A stretch of DNA of 64,000 nucleotides from Escherichia coli (GCF_003334315.1 NZ_QOWR01000024.1), one strand, 5' to 3'. Numbered from the stretch's first letter, positions 47,161 through 63,734 are shown. The notes: generated from the sequence alone by a model not told the origin. Translations and numbers: made by a program.

Positions 47161-48294
47161 CTACATCGGCAATGTTTTCAACAATCCAAATGCCTCTTTC
47201 ATCCGATCCTCACTGACCACAAAGGCGCGAAGCTGGTCAGCATCGTCAACGCCGCGCGCCACCATTCCCTGGCGTTCGGTATTAATTTGCCAGCGTAAAT
47301 CCTGACGCTGGGTTTCGCCTGCCAGATGCAGCGGTAATTCCGGCGTTTTGATTTTCACCAGCATCGCCGGGAGTTTCAGCGGCGTGTTATTGCCGAGAAG
47401 ATTTTTTGCCAGCACCATCGCGCTAAGTTGAATCGGCTGGAGGAACGGCAATACCTGACCGTTAATTTCCGCGCAATCGCCCAGCGCGTAAATATCGGTA
47501 TTACTGGTTTGCAGATAACTATCGACGCAAACGCCGCGATTAATCGTCAGCCCGGCGCGTCGTGCCAGGGCGGTTTCCGGGCGCAGTCCGGTGGCGGCAA
47601 TTACCGCATCCACTTCGATATTGCGCTGGCGGTCCAGCGTTGCCTGAATGCCAGAATCCGTTTTTTCCAGCCCCTGTAACTGAGATTTCAACAGCAGATG
47701 AACGCCCATCTCCGTCAACCGATGCTGCAAGCGGCTGCTTACTTCCGGTGGCATTAACGACGCCAGAATACTGGCAGCGTTGTCGATTAGCGTGACCGCT
47801 TTGCCTGCACGACAAAAATCCATCGCCAGTTCGCTACCAATCAAACCACCGCCAACAATCAACACGCGTCGGGCATCCCGCAGTTGCGTTTCACAGGCGC
47901 GATACTCTTGCTGACTATTTAACGTCAGCATTAACTCACGCCCAGGCACAGGCGGGACAAAGGCACTGGCACCGGTTGCCAGTACTAGCTTGTCGTATTG
48001 CCACTGATTATTCTGGCTTTTCACCACACGGGCTTCGGCATCGATATCCGTCACCCAGGTTTGTGGAAACAGGTGCAGATTAAACTGCTCGGCAAATTCA
48101 CCCGCCGTCTGGCGGGTAAGGTCATCGGCACGTTGCCCCTGACTGATAACATGGCTGATGTCAGGTTTGTTGTACTCATCCATGCTGTCGGCGGCAATCA
48201 AGGTTAATGGAATAGTGGCGTCCTGTTTGCGAATATTTTTCACCAGTTGTCGGGCGGCGAAGCCCGAACCAATGATCACAATGCCGTTGCTCAT
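47161..48294 (-). CDS. norW: NADH:flavorubredoxin reductase, 377 aa
   Basis: FAD/NAD Rossmann motifs GSGFAA and GGGLIG; overlaps norV stop. Confidence 0.95.
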   Translation of the reverse strand: MSNGIVIIGSGFAARQLVKNIRKQDATIPLTLIAADSMDEYNKPDISHVISQGQRADDLTRQTAGEFAEQFNLHLFPQTWVTDIDAEARVVKSQNNQWQYDKLVLATGASAFVPPVPGRELMLTLNSQQEYRACETQLRDARRVLIVGGGLIGSELAMDFCRAGKAVTLIDNAASILASLMPPEVSSRLQHRLTEMGVHLLLKSQLQGLEKTDSGIQATLDRQRNIEVDAVIAATGLRPETALARRAGLTINRGVCVDSYLQTSNTDIYALGDCAEINGQVLPFLQPIQLSAMVLAKNLLGNNTPLKLPAMLVKIKTPELPLHLAGETQRQDLRWQINTERQGMVARGVDDADQLRAFVVSEDRMKEAFGLLKTLPM

Positions 48295-49730
48295 TTTGCC
48301 TCCGATGCCAGTTCGTCAAAGACGTCTTTGCCGAGGGAGCATTCCGGGCAGAGGAAGTTATCCGGAACTTCACTCCACGGCGTTCCTGGCGCAACGTCCT
48401 GCATTGGCTCGCCTTTTGCCGGATCGTAAATCCACTGGCAGACGCTGCACTGCATCCGTGGGCCGAGGTCAGCCGTCGTGGTGGCAGAGGTTTCTTCTTT
48501 AACCACCGAATTCACCGTGCTCTGCGGCAGCGGCGCGAGCGCCCACTGACGGGCGATTTCGCGACCGTGTTCACGGCATAACTCCAGAGCGTCCTGGTCT
48601 GGTCGCCATTTGGCTTTCAGGCTGAGCGACATTTCGAAACCCGCATCCTGCAGGCGCGTGGAAAGACGATCCACCGCACCGCCGCTCCAGCCGTGAGATC
48701 CGAAAGCACTGGCGCGTTTGTTACGGAAGCGTAATCCGGTCATCTCCTCCACCAGCCCGGCGATTTTCGGCATCATCACGTTATTCATCGTCGAAGTGCC
48801 GACCAGCACGCCTTTTGAGCGGAAGACATTGGTCAGGATTTCGTTTTTATCGCTTCGGGCGACGTTGAAAATTTTCACCGCCACGCGTGGGTCGGTTTCC
48901 GCAATTCCCTGGGCGATAGCGTCAGCCATCATGCGGGTGTTATTCGACATGGTGTCGTAGAAAATGGTGATTCTGTCTTCCTGATAATCAGCCGCCCATT
49001 TCAGGTACAGCTCGACAATTTGCGTCGGGTTATCGCGCCATACCACGCCGTGGGAAGTGGCTATCATATCGACTGGTAAGTTAAAGCCCAGGATCTCGGT
49101 AATTTTCGGCGTTACCAGGCGGCTGAACGGCGTCAGGATATTGGCGTAGTAACGTTGGCACTGCTCGAAAAGCTCCGTCTGATCCACTTCATCGTTGAAC
49201 AGATGCTCGTCGCAGTAGTGCTGACCGAAAGCATCGTTACTGAACAGCACCGCGTCGCCTGTCAGGTAAGTCATCATGCTGTCCGGCCAGTGCAGCATTG
49301 GTGTTTCGACAAAAATGAGCTGTTTGCCGTTGCCGATATCCAGCGTGTCGCCAGTTTTCACCACATTAAAATTCCACTCCGGATGATGGTGATGACCATT
49401 TATCGAGTCGATAGCGTTGGCAGTACAGTAGATCGGCGTATCGGGAATTTGTGCCATCAGTTCGGTCAGCGCCCCAGCGTGGTCCTCTTCTGCATGGTTA
49501 ATCACGATGTAATCGATATCCGCCAGATCGATTTCATTACGCAGGTTCTGCACAAATTCGCGGCTGAATTTATGGTCGACGGTGTCGATCAGCACGTTTT
49601 TTTCTTCGCGGATGAGGTAGCTATTGTAGCTGCTGCCGCGCAGCGTTTTATATTCCGTGCCGTGAAAATCACGCACTTCCCAGTCACGTTGACCAACCCA
49701 ATGAATGTTATTTTTCACCACAATAGACAT
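48291..49730 (-). CDS. norV: Anaerobic nitric oxide reductase flavorubredoxin, 479 aa
   Basis: Metallo-beta-lactamase, flavodoxin and C-terminal rubredoxin (CSVCQW...CPEC) domains. Confidence 0.95.
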   Translation of the reverse strand: MSIVVKNNIHWVGQRDWEVRDFHGTEYKTLRGSSYNSYLIREEKNVLIDTVDHKFSREFVQNLRNEIDLADIDYIVINHAEEDHAGALTELMAQIPDTPIYCTANAIDSINGHHHHPEWNFNVVKTGDTLDIGNGKQLIFVETPMLHWPDSMMTYLTGDAVLFSNDAFGQHYCDEHLFNDEVDQTELFEQCQRYYANILTPFSRLVTPKITEILGFNLPVDMIATSHGVVWRDNPTQIVELYLKWAADYQEDRITIFYDTMSNNTRMMADAIAQGIAETDPRVAVKIFNVARSDKNEILTNVFRSKGVLVGTSTMNNVMMPKIAGLVEEMTGLRFRNKRASAFGSHGWSGGAVDRLSTRLQDAGFEMSLSLKAKWRPDQDALELCREHGREIARQWALAPLPQSTVNSVVKEETSATTTADLGPRMQCSVCQWIYDPAKGEPMQDVAPGTPWSEVPDNFLCPECSLGKDVFDELASEAK

Positions 49731-49777
49731 AGCAACCTCAATTTATTCAGCGTGTTCTAAAAAGATGTCTTGCTAAT

Positions 49778-49794
49778 TGCAGATTGCGTGCCAG
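49778..49794 (-). promoter_or_regulatory. Candidate sigma54 (-24/-12) promoter for norVW
   Basis: Minus-strand TGGCACGCAATCTGCA (GG-N10-GC), about 50 bp upstream of norV. Confidence 0.55.
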
Positions 49795-49848
49795 TTTTTT
49801 ATCTGATTGTTTTTACTCTATAAATAAAATTATGCCCATTAATGAGTA

Positions 49849-49904
49849 GTCAAAATGACTATCAATCAAATGGTCGATATGACAATATCTATAGTCAAAT
49901 TGAC
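49849..49904. promoter_or_regulatory. Three NorR binding sites (GT-N7-AC)
   Basis: GTCAAAATGAC (49849-49859), GTCGATATGAC (49873-49883), GTCAAATTGAC (49894-49904) in norR-norV divergent region. Confidence 0.65.
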
Positions 49905-49916
49905 AGTGAGGCAAAG

Positions 49917-51431
49917 ATGAGTTTTTCCGTTGATGTGCTGGCGAATATCGCCATCGAATTGCAGCGTGGGATTGGTCATCAGGATCGTTTTCAGCGCCTG
50001 ATCACCACGCTACGTCAGGTGCTGGAGTGCGATGCGTCTGCGTTGCTACGTTACGATTCGCGGCAGTTTATTCCGCTTGCCATCGACGGTCTGGCAAAGG
50101 ATGTACTCGGTAGACGCTTTGCGCTGGAAGGGCATCCACGGCTGGAAGCGATTGCCCGCGCCGGGGATGTGGTGCGCTTTCCCGCAGACAGCGAATTGCC
50201 CGATCCCTATGACGGTTTGATTCCTGGGCAGGAGAGTCTGAAGGTTCACGCCTGCGTTGGTCTGCCATTGTTTGCCGGGCAAAACCTGATCGGCGCACTG
50301 ACGCTCGACGGGATGCAGCCCGATCAGTTCGATGTTTTCAGCGACGAAGAGCTACGGCTGATTGCTGCGCTGGCGGCGGGAGCGTTAAGCAATGCGTTGC
50401 TGATTGAACAACTGGAAAGCCAGAATATGCTGCCAGGCGATGCCACGCCGTTTGAAGCGGTGAAACAGACGCAGATGATTGGCTTGTCCCCTGGCATGAC
50501 GCAACTGAAAAAAGAGATTGAGATTGTGGCGGCGTCCGATCTCAACGTCCTGATCAGCGGTGAGACTGGAACCGGTAAGGAGCTAGTGGCGAAAGCGATT
50601 CATGAAGCCTCGCCACGGGCGGTGAATCCGCTGGTCTATCTCAACTGTGCTGCACTGCCGGAAAGTGTGGCGGAAAGTGAGTTGTTCGGGCATGTGAAAG
50701 GAGCGTTTACTGGCGCTATCAGTAATCGCAGCGGGAAGTTTGAAATGGCGGATAACGGCACGCTGTTTCTGGATGAGATCGGCGAGTTGTCGTTGGCATT
50801 GCAGGCCAAGCTGCTGAGGGTGTTGCAGTATGGCGATATTCAGCGCGTTGGCGATGACCGTTGTTTGCGGGTCGATGTGCGCGTGCTGGCGGCGACTAAC
50901 CGCGATTTACGCGAAGAGGTGCTGGCAGGGCGATTCCGCGCCGATTTGTTTCATCGCCTGAGCGTGTTTCCACTTTCGGTGCCGCCGCTGCGTGAGCGGG
51001 GCGATGATGTCATTCTGCTGGCGGGGTATTTCTGCGAGCAGTGTCGTTTGCGGCAGGGGCTCTCCCGCGTGGTATTAAGTGCCGGAGCGCGAAATTTACT
51101 GCAACACTACAGTTTTCCGGGAAACGTGCGCGAACTGGAACATGCTATTCATCGGGCGGTAGTTCTGGCGAGAGCCACCCGCAGCGGCGATGAAGTGATT
51201 CTTGAGGCGCAACATTTTGCTTTTCCTGAGGTGACGTTGCCGCCGCCAGAAGTGGCGGCGGTGCCCGTTGTTAAGCAAAACCTGCGTGAAGCGACAGAAG
51301 CGTTCCAGCGTGAAACTATTCGTCAGGCACTGGCACAAAATCATCACAACTGGGCTGCCTGCGCGCGGATGCTGGAAACCGACGTCGCCAACCTGCATCG
51401 GCTGGCGAAACGTCTGGGATTGAAGGATTAA
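49917..51431 (+). CDS. norR: NO-responsive sigma54-dependent activator NorR, 504 aa
   Basis: Start set at [18 protein letters not shown]; GAF domain, AAA+ GETGTGKE and GAFTGA motifs. Confidence 0.95.
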   Translation: MSFSVDVLANIAIELQRGIGHQDRFQRLITTLRQVLECDASALLRYDSRQFIPLAIDGLAKDVLGRRFALEGHPRLEAIARAGDVVRFPADSELPDPYDGLIPGQESLKVHACVGLPLFAGQNLIGALTLDGMQPDQFDVFSDEELRLIAALAAGALSNALLIEQLESQNMLPGDATPFEAVKQTQMIGLSPGMTQLKKEIEIVAASDLNVLISGETGTGKELVAKAIHEASPRAVNPLVYLNCAALPESVAESELFGHVKGAFTGAISNRSGKFEMADNGTLFLDEIGELSLALQAKLLRVLQYGDIQRVGDDRCLRVDVRVLAATNRDLREEVLAGRFRADLFHRLSVFPLSVPPLRERGDDVILLAGYFCEQCRLRQGLSRVVLSAGARNLLQHYSFPGNVRELEHAIHRAVVLARATRSGDEVILEAQHFAFPEVTLPPPEVAAVPVVKQNLREATEAFQRETIRQALAQNHHNWAACARMLETDVANLHRLAKRLGLKD

Positions 51432-52393
51432 ATAATCCCGGCCTGATAGAAATCCTGCAGGTTTATTGCGCCGGTGAGTTTGCCGTTTTCATCCACCACC
51501 GGTGCGGCAGTGATTTTGCGCTTCATCAGGATCTCTTTGGCGTCGATGGCGCGACTTTGCGATTGCAACGTGGTGCCGCCGACCGTCATCGCTTCATTGA
51601 CTGGCGTGGTGAGTGCGCCGCCGCCAACCAGCCAGCGACGTAAATCGCCGTCGGTAAAGACGCCTTGTACCTGTTGTTGAGCGTCACATACCGCCACCAG
51701 CCCCAGACCGGTGCGGCTGAGTTCCAGCATCGCATCCATCACGCTGGCGGTTAACGCCACCTGTGGGATGGCATCGTCACGGCGCATCAGATGATGCACT
51801 TTATTCAGCAAGCGAGCGCCCAGTGCCCCGGCTGGGTGGGAGCGGGCAAAATCTTCTTCATTAAATCCGCGCGCCTGCATGACCGCCATCGCCAGCGCGT
51901 CACCCATCATCAGGGTATTGACGGTGCTGGAGGTCGGCGCAAGGTGCATCGGGCAGGCTTCGCGTTCTACGGAGATATCCAGCACCGCTTTTGCCGCCAG
52001 GCCCAGCGGTGACGTCGGTTTGCCGGTCATCGCCAGCAGCGCGATAGATTTATCTTCCAGACGCGGAATAATCAGATCCAGTTCCTTCGCGCCACCGGAG
52101 TAAGAGATAAACAGCATCACATCGCGGCTTTCGATCATCCCCAGATCGCCGTGCAGCGCTTCTGCCGGATGGACAAAAAAAGCCGGAGTGCCGGTACTGG
52201 CAAGCGTTGCGGCGATTTTCTTACCAATGTGGCCCGATTTGCCAATTCCCGAAACCACCACTTTGCCTTCACAGTGCAGGATGATATTGGCGGCGCGAAC
52301 AAAATCATCGCCCAGACGTTCCGGTAAACGGCTTGCTTCCTGCAACTCCAGCATTAACGTCTGACGTCCCGCGTTCAGTAGTGCTTCACTCAT
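51428..52393 (-). CDS. gutQ: D-arabinose 5-phosphate isomerase (SIS + CBS), 321 aa
   Basis: SIS-domain motif [11 protein letters not shown]; matches GutQ. Confidence 0.93.
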
Positions 52394-53159
52394 TGCTCTC
52401 TCCGGTTATGATCACATCGATCCCTTTCTCTTCCAGCGCCTGACGAAACGCCGGATCGATACCTGCGTCGGTAATCAGCTTATCGACGCTTTCAAGACTG
52501 CAAACTACGTTGGGGCTTTTACGGCCAAACTTTGATGAGTCCGCCATCAAAATCACTTCGCGCGCGGCATTGCACATTGCCTTACTGACGGTATAAACCT
52601 CGTTAAAGGTGGTTACGCCCGCATTGAGATCGATGCCGTCGGTGCCCATAAACAATTTATCGAAGGTGAAATGCTCGAAGGCATTCTCTGCCAGTTGCCC
52701 GTGAAATGAGGCCGATTTTTTGCGAAACGTTCCGCCTGGCATCAGGATAGTTTGTTCGTTATCCAGTTCGGATAGCGCATTGACGATATGCAGGCTGTTG
52801 GTCATCACCGTGATGTTATTAAAGCGCGAGAGCAGGGGAACCATCTGCAAAACGGTACTGCCAGCATCAAGAATGATCGAATCGCCATCATGGATAAAAC
52901 TAACGGCAGCTTCTGCAATCAGCTCTTTCTTGTGGGTGTTGATGAGTGTTTTATGATCGATAGGCGGATCGGATTCCTCTTTATTCAACACCACTCCGCC
53001 ATAAGTACGAATGACGGTTCCTGCATGTTCCAGAATGACCAGATCTTTGCGAATGGTTGTGCCTGTGGTGTCAAAGTATTGCGCCAATTCTTCAACCGAG
53101 CATTTACCCTGCTTTTGCAGATACTCCAGAATGGCGGCCTGACGCTGACGAGGTTTCAT
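52386..53159 (-). CDS. srlR: DeoR-family glucitol operon repressor, 257 aa
   Basis: [29 protein letters not shown]... Confidence 0.93.
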
Positions 53160-53225
53160 GGGCGTGATTACCTGATTTAGGTTTCAAAATGATAACTTCG
53201 CAAGCAAGTAACATTCACAACGAAA

Positions 53226-53585
53226 TTATCCACGTTTCAGTTTAAGCGCCAATGATAGAGCATTCTGTGATAGTGGATCATGGGGAAAGATCACATCGGG
53301 TTGTAAATCACCCGCATGCATGCCGGTAATTGCGGGAATTTTTTGCGGTCGGGCGAAGATGGTCAGTCCTTTCATAAACAAGGTGTCGACGATGCGCTGC
53401 TGATCGTCCAGCGCGATGGCGACCACGACCCGCGGTTTAAAGCGCCCGCTGGAACGGCCCACGCCAACCCGACCTTGCTGGCATAGTGTGTCGAAGGCAC
53501 GGTTAAAACGAGAAATTTGCCAGCCGCCTAAGGCCAGTTGCGCACACCAGGCGATAACGGCGACAGTGATGAGTGCGGATACCAT
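53226..53585 (-). CDS. gutM: Glucitol operon activator GutM, 119 aa
   Basis: Sequence, length and synteny. Confidence 0.9.
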   Translation of the reverse strand: MVSALITVAVIAWCAQLALGGWQISRFNRAFDTLCQQGRVGVGRSSGRFKPRVVVAIALDDQQRIVDTLFMKGLTIFARPQKIPAITGMHAGDLQPDVIFPHDPLSQNALSLALKLKRG

Positions 53586-53616
53586 AACTTTTCCTTAATG
53601 TAGTGGCGGAAGTCCT

Positions 53617-53683
53617 GTAGGCCTGATGAGCGTAGCGCATCAGGCATTCTATTAGTCTCACGGAGATCCTTAACGGATCTCCG
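53617..53683. repeat. REP-like palindrome plus hairpin between srlD and gutM
   Basis: GCCTGATGAGCGTAGCGCATCAGGC inverted repeat and CGGAGATCC-TTAAC-GGATCTCCG hairpin. Confidence 0.4.
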
Positions 53684-53690
53684 CTGTTGA

Positions 53691-54845
<1,155 letters not shown>

Positions 54846-54855
54846 GTTTCAGCCT

Positions 54856-56393
<1,538 letters not shown>

Positions 56394-56630
56394 TTATTGT
56401 TTTATTACCAAACGGCAACCTAATCTAATCAGATCGAAAGATTTAAAAGTGTTATTTTGATCGCAAAATGAAAGATAAATATTTTAATTTAAAAGTTTGA
56501 ATGAAAGGATAGCGAGGAGAATGAGTTGAGTTATGTAAAGTCCGTATCGGGCAGTGACTACCGCTTCCTTGTGCGGGGCGTGATGCTTTACCATACTTGC
56601 CCCTGGTTGAATCTGTTAAATGGACTCCTC

Positions 56631-57716
56631 ATGTTCAAGCGTCGTTATGTAACATTGCTTCCCCTTTTTGTGTTGCTTGCCGCCTGTAGCAGCAAGCCAA
56701 AACCTACTGAGACTGAAACGACCACCGGAACGCCGTCTGGCGGCTTCCTGCTTGAGCCGCAGCACAATGTGATGCAGATGGGCGGCGATTTCGCTAATAA
56801 CCCGAATGCCCAGCAGTTCATCGACAAAATGGTGAACAAACACGGTTTCGATCGTCAGCAGTTGCAGGAAATTCTCTCCCAGGCGAAGCGTCTGGATTCG
56901 GTACTGCGGCTGATGGATAACCAGGCACCAACCACATCGGTGAAACCGCCATCAGGTCCGAACGGCGCATGGCTGCGTTATCGCAAAAAATTTATTACGC
57001 CGGACAACGTGCAGAACGGTGTGGTTTTCTGGAATCAGTATGAAGATGCGTTGAATCGCGCGTGGCAGGTGTATGGTGTACCGCCGGAAATTATCGTCGG
57101 GATTATCGGCGTTGAAACCCGCTGGGGGCGCGTGATGGGGAAAACTCGCATCCTCGATGCGCTGGCAACGCTGTCATTTAACTACCCACGCCGCGCGGAG
57201 TATTTCTCTGGCGAGCTGGAAACCTTCCTGTTGATGGCGCGCGACGAGCAGGACGATCCGCTCAATCTGAAAGGTTCCTTTGCCGGGGCGATGGGCTACG
57301 GACAGTTTATGCCGTCGTCTTACAAACAATATGCGGTAGATTTCAGCGGCGACGGGCATATCAACCTGTGGGATCCGGTTGATGCGATCGGTAGCGTGGC
57401 GAACTATTTCAAAGCACACGGCTGGGTGAAAGGCGATCAGGTCGCGGTAATGGCAAACGGTCAGGCTCCAGGCTTGCCAAATGGCTTCAAAACCAGGTAC
57501 AGCATTTCGCAGCTTGCCGCGGCAGGTTTAACGCCACAGCAGCCGCTGGGCAACCATCAACAAGCCAGCCTGCTGCGTCTGGATGTCGGTACCGGTTACC
57601 AGTACTGGTACGGTCTGCCGAACTTCTACACCATCACCCGTTATAACCACAGCACCCATTACGCAATGGCGGTCTGGCAGTTAGGACAAGCCGTGGCGCT
57701 GGCGCGCGTACAGTAA
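56631..57716 (+). CDS. mltB: Membrane-bound lytic murein transglycosylase B (lipoprotein), 361 aa
   Basis: Start set at MFKRRYVTLLPLFVLLAACSS (lipobox LAAC); longest ORF extends 35 codons upstream. Confidence 0.92.
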   Translation: MFKRRYVTLLPLFVLLAACSSKPKPTETETTTGTPSGGFLLEPQHNVMQMGGDFANNPNAQQFIDKMVNKHGFDRQQLQEILSQAKRLDSVLRLMDNQAPTTSVKPPSGPNGAWLRYRKKFITPDNVQNGVVFWNQYEDALNRAWQVYGVPPEIIVGIIGVETRWGRVMGKTRILDALATLSFNYPRRAEYFSGELETFLLMARDEQDDPLNLKGSFAGAMGYGQFMPSSYKQYAVDFSGDGHINLWDPVDAIGSVANYFKAHGWVKGDQVAVMANGQAPGLPNGFKTRYSISQLAAAGLTPQQPLGNHQQASLLRLDVGTGYQYWYGLPNFYTITRYNHSTHYAMAVWQLGQAVALARVQ

Positions 57717-57860
57717 CTATTTGCAAGAGGGGGGCGTGAGCTTCCCTCTGGCTAATCAGCTTTTTTCTGAATCCTCCTCGTAAAATTGCAACGCCAACAC
57801 CATCTTCCTGACGAAAGTGTTATCTTGTCCGGCATAAATTTTTGACTGACAGAGGTTGTG

Positions 57861-58354
57861 ATGACTGACAGTGAACTGATGCAGTTAAGCGAACAGGTTG
57901 GGCAGGCGCTGAAAGCCCGTGGCGCAACCGTAACAACTGCTGAGTCTTGTACCGGCGGTTGGGTAGCGAAAGTGATTACCGATATTGCCGGTAGCTCCGC
58001 CTGGTTTGAACGCGGATTTGTCACCTACAGTAACGAAGCCAAAGCGCAGATGATCGGCGTACGTGAAGAGACGCTGGCGCAGCATGGCGCGGTGAGTGAA
58101 CCCGTCGTGGTGGAAATGGCGATAGGTGCACTGAAAGCGGCTCGTGCTGATTATGCCGTGTCTATTAGTGGTATCGCCGGGCCGGATGGCGGCAGTGAAG
58201 AGAAGCCTGTCGGCACCGTCTGGTTTGCTTTTGCCACTGCCCGCGGTGAAGGCATTACCCGGCGGGAATGCTTCAGCGGCGACCGTGATGCGGTGCGTCG
58301 TCAGGCTACTGCGTATGCATTGCAGACCTTGTGGCAACAATTTCTACAAAACAC

Positions 58355-58358
<4 letters not shown>
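57861..58358 (+). CDS. pncC: NMN amidohydrolase PncC (CinA-like C-terminal domain), 165 aa
   Basis: MTDSELMQLSEQVGQALKARGATVTTAESCTGGW... Confidence 0.9.
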
Positions 58359-59499
<1,141 letters not shown>

Positions 59500-59517
59500 T
59501 CGTCTTGTTTGATACAC

Positions 59518-59549
59518 AAGGGTCGCATCTGCGGCCCTTTTGCTTTTTT
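59518..59549 (+). terminator. recA rho-independent terminator (partial read-through into recX)
   Basis: Stem AAGGGTCGC / GCGGCCCTT, loop ATCT, followed by TTGCTTTTTT. Confidence 0.65.
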
Positions 59550-59567
59550 AAGTTGTAAGGATATGCC

Positions 59568-60068
59568 ATGACAGAATCAACATCCCGTCGCCCGGCATAT
59601 GCTCGCCTGTTGGATCGTGCGGTACGCATTCTGGCGGTGCGCGATCACAGTGAGCAAGAACTGCGACGTAAACTCGCGGCACCGATTATGGGCAAAAATG
59701 GCCCAGAAGAGATTGATGCTACGGCAGAAGATTACGAGCGCGTTATTGCCTGGTGCCATGAACATGGCTATCTCGATGACAGCCGATTTGTTGCGCGCTT
59801 TATCGCCAGCCGTAGCCGCAAAGGTTATGGACCTGCGCGTATTCGCCAGGAACTGAATCAGAAAGGTATTTCCCGCGAAGCGACAGAAAAAGCGATGCGT
59901 GAATGTGACATCGACTGGTGCGCACTGGCGCGCGATCAGGCGACGCGAAAATATGGCGAACCTTTGCCAACTGTCTTTTCAGAAAAAGTTAAGATCCAGC
60001 GTTTTCTGCTCTATCGTGGCTATCTGATGGAAGATATCCAGGAGATTTGGCGAAATTTTGCCGACTGA
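59568..60068 (+). CDS. recX: RecA regulator RecX, 166 aa
   Basis: Sequence, length and synteny. Confidence 0.93.
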   Translation: MTESTSRRPAYARLLDRAVRILAVRDHSEQELRRKLAAPIMGKNGPEEIDATAEDYERVIAWCHEHGYLDDSRFVARFIASRSRKGYGPARIRQELNQKGISREATEKAMRECDIDWCALARDQATRKYGEPLPTVFSEKVKIQRFLLYRGYLMEDIQEIWRNFAD

Positions 60069-60195
60069 ACGCATACGGTATTTTACTTCCCAGTCAAGAA
60101 AACTTATCTTATTCCCACTTTTCAGTTACCAGCCCGGCGGTTAAGACACGCTGGAGCTGGTGGCGATATTTCGTTAGCTTGATTTCAGGATAATT

Positions 60196-62826
60196 ATGAG
60201 CAAGAGCACCGCTGAGATCCGTCAGGCGTTTCTCGACTTTTTCCATAGTAAGGGACATCAGGTAGTTGCCAGCAGCTCCCTGGTACCCCATAACGACCCA
60301 ACTTTGTTGTTTACCAACGCCGGGATGAACCAGTTCAAGGATGTGTTCCTTGGGCTCGACAAGCGTAATTATTCCCGCGCTACCACTTCCCAACGCTGCG
60401 TGCGTGCGGGTGGTAAACACAACGACCTGGAAAACGTCGGTTACACCGCGCGTCACCATACCTTCTTCGAAATGCTGGGCAACTTCAGCTTCGGCGACTA
60501 TTTCAAACACGATGCCATTCAGTTTGCATGGGAACTGCTGACCAGCGAAAAATGGTTTGCCCTGCCGAAAGAGCGTCTGTGGGTTACCGTCTATGAAAGC
60601 GACGACGAAGCCTACGAAATCTGGGAAAAAGAAGTAGGGATCCCGCGCGAACGTATTATTCGCATCGGCGATAACAAAGGTGCGCCATACGCATCTGACA
60701 ACTTCTGGCAGATGGGTGACACTGGTCCGTGCGGCCCGTGCACCGAAATCTTCTACGATCACGGCGACCACATTTGGGGGGGCCCTCCGGGAAGCCCGGA
60801 AGAAGACGGCGACCGCTACATTGAGATCTGGAACATCGTCTTCATGCAGTTCAACCGCCAGGCCGATGGCACGATGGAACCGCTGCCGAAGCCGTCTGTA
60901 GATACCGGTATGGGTCTGGAGCGTATTGCTGCGGTGCTGCAACACGTTAACTCTAACTATGACATCGACCTGTTCCGCACGCTGATCCAGGCGGTAGCGA
61001 AAGTCACTGGCGCAACCGATCTGAGCAATAAATCGCTGCGCGTAATCGCTGACCACATTCGTTCTTGTGCGTTCCTGATCGCGGATGGCGTAATGCCGTC
61101 CAATGAAAACCGTGGTTATGTACTGCGTCGTATCATTCGTCGCGCAGTGCGTCACGGTAATATGCTCGGCGCGAAAGAAACCTTCTTCTACAAACTGGTT
61201 GGTCCGCTGATCGACGTTATGGGCTCTGCGGGTGAAGACCTGAAACGCCAGCAGGCGCAGGTTGAGCAGGTGCTGAAGACTGAAGAAGAGCAGTTTGCTC
61301 GTACTCTGGAGCGCGGTCTGGCGTTGCTGGATGAAGAGCTGGCAAAACTTTCTGGTGATACGCTGGATGGTGAAACTGCTTTCCGTCTGTACGACACCTA
61401 TGGCTTCCCGGTTGACCTGACGGCTGATGTTTGTCGTGAGCGCAACATCAAAGTTGACGAAGCTGGTTTTGAAGCTGCAATGGAAGAGCAGCGTCGTCGC
61501 GCGCGCGAAGCCAGCGGCTTTGGTGCCGATTACAACGCAATGATCCGTGTTGACAGTGCATCTGAATTTAAAGGCTATGACCATCTGGAACTGAACGGCA
61601 AAGTGACTGCGCTGTTTGTTGATGGTAAAGCGGTTGATGCCATCAATGCAGGCCAGGAAGCTGTGGTCGTGCTGGATCAAACGCCATTCTATGCGGAATC
61701 CGGCGGTCAGGTTGGCGATAAAGGCGAACTGAAAGGCGCTAACTTCTCCTTTGCGGTGGAAGATACGCAGAAATACGGCCAGGCGATTGGTCACATCGGT
61801 AAACTTGCTGCGGGTTCTCTGAAAGTGGGCGACGCGGTGCAGGCTGATGTTGATGAGGCTCGTCGCGCCCGTATTCGTCTGAATCACTCCGCAACGCACC
61901 TGATGCACGCTGCGCTGCGCCAGGTTCTGGGTACTCATGTATCGCAGAAAGGTTCACTGGTTAACGACAAGGTGCTGCGCTTCGACTTCTCACACAACGA
62001 AGCGATGAAACCAGAAGAGATTCGTGCGGTCGAAGACCTGGTGAACACACAGATTCGTCGCAATTTGCCGATCGAAACCAACATCATGGATCTCGAAGCG
62101 GCGAAAGCGAAAGGTGCGATGGCGCTGTTCGGCGAGAAGTATGATGAGCGCGTACGCGTGCTGAGCATGGGCGATTTCTCTACCGAGTTGTGTGGCGGTA
62201 CTCACGCCAGCCGCACTGGTGATATTGGTCTGTTCCGCATCATCTCTGAATCGGGTACTGCTGCAGGCGTTCGTCGTATCGAAGCGGTAACCGGAGAAGG
62301 TGCTATCGCCACCGTTCATGCAGACAGCGATCGCTTAAGCGAAGTCGCGCATCTGCTGAAAGGCGATAGCAATAATCTGGCTGATAAAGTGCGCTCAGTA
62401 CTGGAACGTACGCGTCAGCTGGAAAAAGAGTTACAACAGCTTAAAGAACAAGCTGCCGCACAGGAGAGCGCAAATCTTTCCAGTAAGGCAATTGATGTTA
62501 ATGGTGTTAAGCTGTTGGTTAGCGAGCTTAGCGGTGTTGAGCCGAAAATGTTGCGTACCATGGTTGACGATTTAAAAAATCAGCTGGGGTCGACAATTAT
62601 CGTGCTGGCAACGGTAGTCGAAGGTAAGGTTTCTCTGATTGCAGGCGTATCTAAGGACGTCACAGATCGTGTGAAAGCAGGGGAACTGATTGGTATGGTC
62701 GCTCAGCAGGTGGGCGGCAAGGGTGGTGGACGTCCTGACATGGCGCAAGCCGGTGGTACGGATGCTGCGGCCTTACCTGCAGCGTTAGCCAGTGTGAAAG
62801 GCTGGGTCAGCGCGAAATTGCAATAA
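60196..62826 (+). CDS. alaS: Alanine--tRNA ligase, 876 aa
   Basis: [24 protein letters not shown]...; full length. Confidence 0.98.
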
Positions 62827-62840
62827 TATAAGCGTCAGGC

Positions 62841-62867
62841 AATGCCGTGGACTCGCTTCACGGCATT
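62841..62867 (+). terminator. Hairpin downstream of alaS (possible terminator; no clear U-tract)
   Basis: Stem AATGCCGTG / CACGGCATT, 9-nt loop, 15 bp after alaS stop. Confidence 0.3.
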
Positions 62868-63060
62868 CGCATTAACGCTATCGACAACGATAAAGTCAGG
62901 TTGAAGTTGTGTATATCGGCTAAACTTAGGTTTAACAGAATGTAATGCCATGACTGCTTAGATGTAATGTGTTTGTCATTGCTTACTTTTTGGCGTTATA
63001 TGATGGATAATGCCGGGATACAGAGAGACCCGACTCTTTTAATCTTTCAAGGAGCAAAGA

Positions 63061-63246
63061 ATGCTGATTCTGACTCGTCGAGTTGGTGAGACCCTCATGA
63101 TTGGGGATGAGGTCACCGTGACAGTTTTAGGGGTAAAGGGCAACCAGGTACGTATTGGCGTAAATGCCCCGAAGGAAGTTTCTGTTCACCGTGAAGAGAT
63201 CTACCAGCGTATCCAGGCTGAAAAATCCCAGCAGTCCAGTTACTAA
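63061..63246 (+). CDS. csrA: Carbon storage regulator CsrA, 61 aa
   Basis: [61 protein letters not shown], exact CsrA sequence. Confidence 0.98.
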
Positions 63247-63471
63247 TCTTTCCGCGTCTCATCTTTATCGGTGAGACGCACCCTCAAAATTTCTCCTTCA
63301 CTCTATAGTCTTTTCGCTTTACTCCCGTTCATTCAACTTAAGTCTCCATTTTTTTGCATTACTACTATCTGTTAGACCTCCATTCTTCTGTTGATAAAAC
63401 ACTCTTTTTGACGTTTTTACAGACTAATTGAACGTGAAGTGTGCAAACGATAAAAGTGTAGGAAAAATTGT

Positions 63472-63499
63472 TTGACTTATAAGTCTCAGAAAGTAATAT
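63472..63499 (+). promoter_or_regulatory. Candidate sigma70 promoter for serV-argV tRNA operon
   Basis: TTGACT (63472-63477), 16-bp spacer, TAATAT (63494-63499), followed by GC-rich discriminator GCGCCACGC. Confidence 0.45.
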
Positions 63500-63561
63500 G
63501 TGCGCCACGCAGCGACGATGAGCGATAAACAAGTTCTTCGAAGCACTCGTAAGAGGCGTGT

Positions 63562-63654
63562 GGTGAGGTGGCCGAGAGGCTGAAGGCGCTCCCCTGCTAA
63601 GGGAGTATGCGGTCAAAAGCTGCATCCGGGGTTCGAATCCCCGCCTCACCGCCA
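63562..63654 (+). tRNA. serV: tRNA-Ser (anticodon GCU), 93 nt with long variable arm
   Basis: GGTGAGGTGGCCGAGAGGCTGAAGGCGCTCCCCTGCTAAGGGAG...CGCCTCACCGCCA; anticodon loop CT-GCT-AA; encoded CCA. Confidence 0.95.
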
Positions 63655-63657
63655 TTT

Positions 63658-63734
63658 GCATCCGTAGCTCAGCTGGATAGAGTACTCGGCTACGAACCGA
63701 GCGGTCGGAGGTTCGAATCCTCCCGGATGCACCA
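63658..63734 (+). tRNA. argV: tRNA-Arg (anticodon ACG), 77 nt
   Basis: GCATCCGTAGCTCAGCTGGATAGAGTACTCGGCTACGAACCGAGCGGTCGGAGGTTCGAATCCTCCCGGATGCACCA. Confidence 0.95.

Noticed and set aside
60109-61938. 609-aa ORF on the minus strand
   Set aside because: Entirely antisense to alaS, which is full length and unmistakable; the antisense frame is low-complexity with no recognisable domain.
63254-63279. Hairpin GCGTCTCA...TGAGACGC after csrA as a terminator
   Set aside because: 8-bp stem with a 10-nt loop and no following U-tract; insufficient to call an intrinsic terminator.
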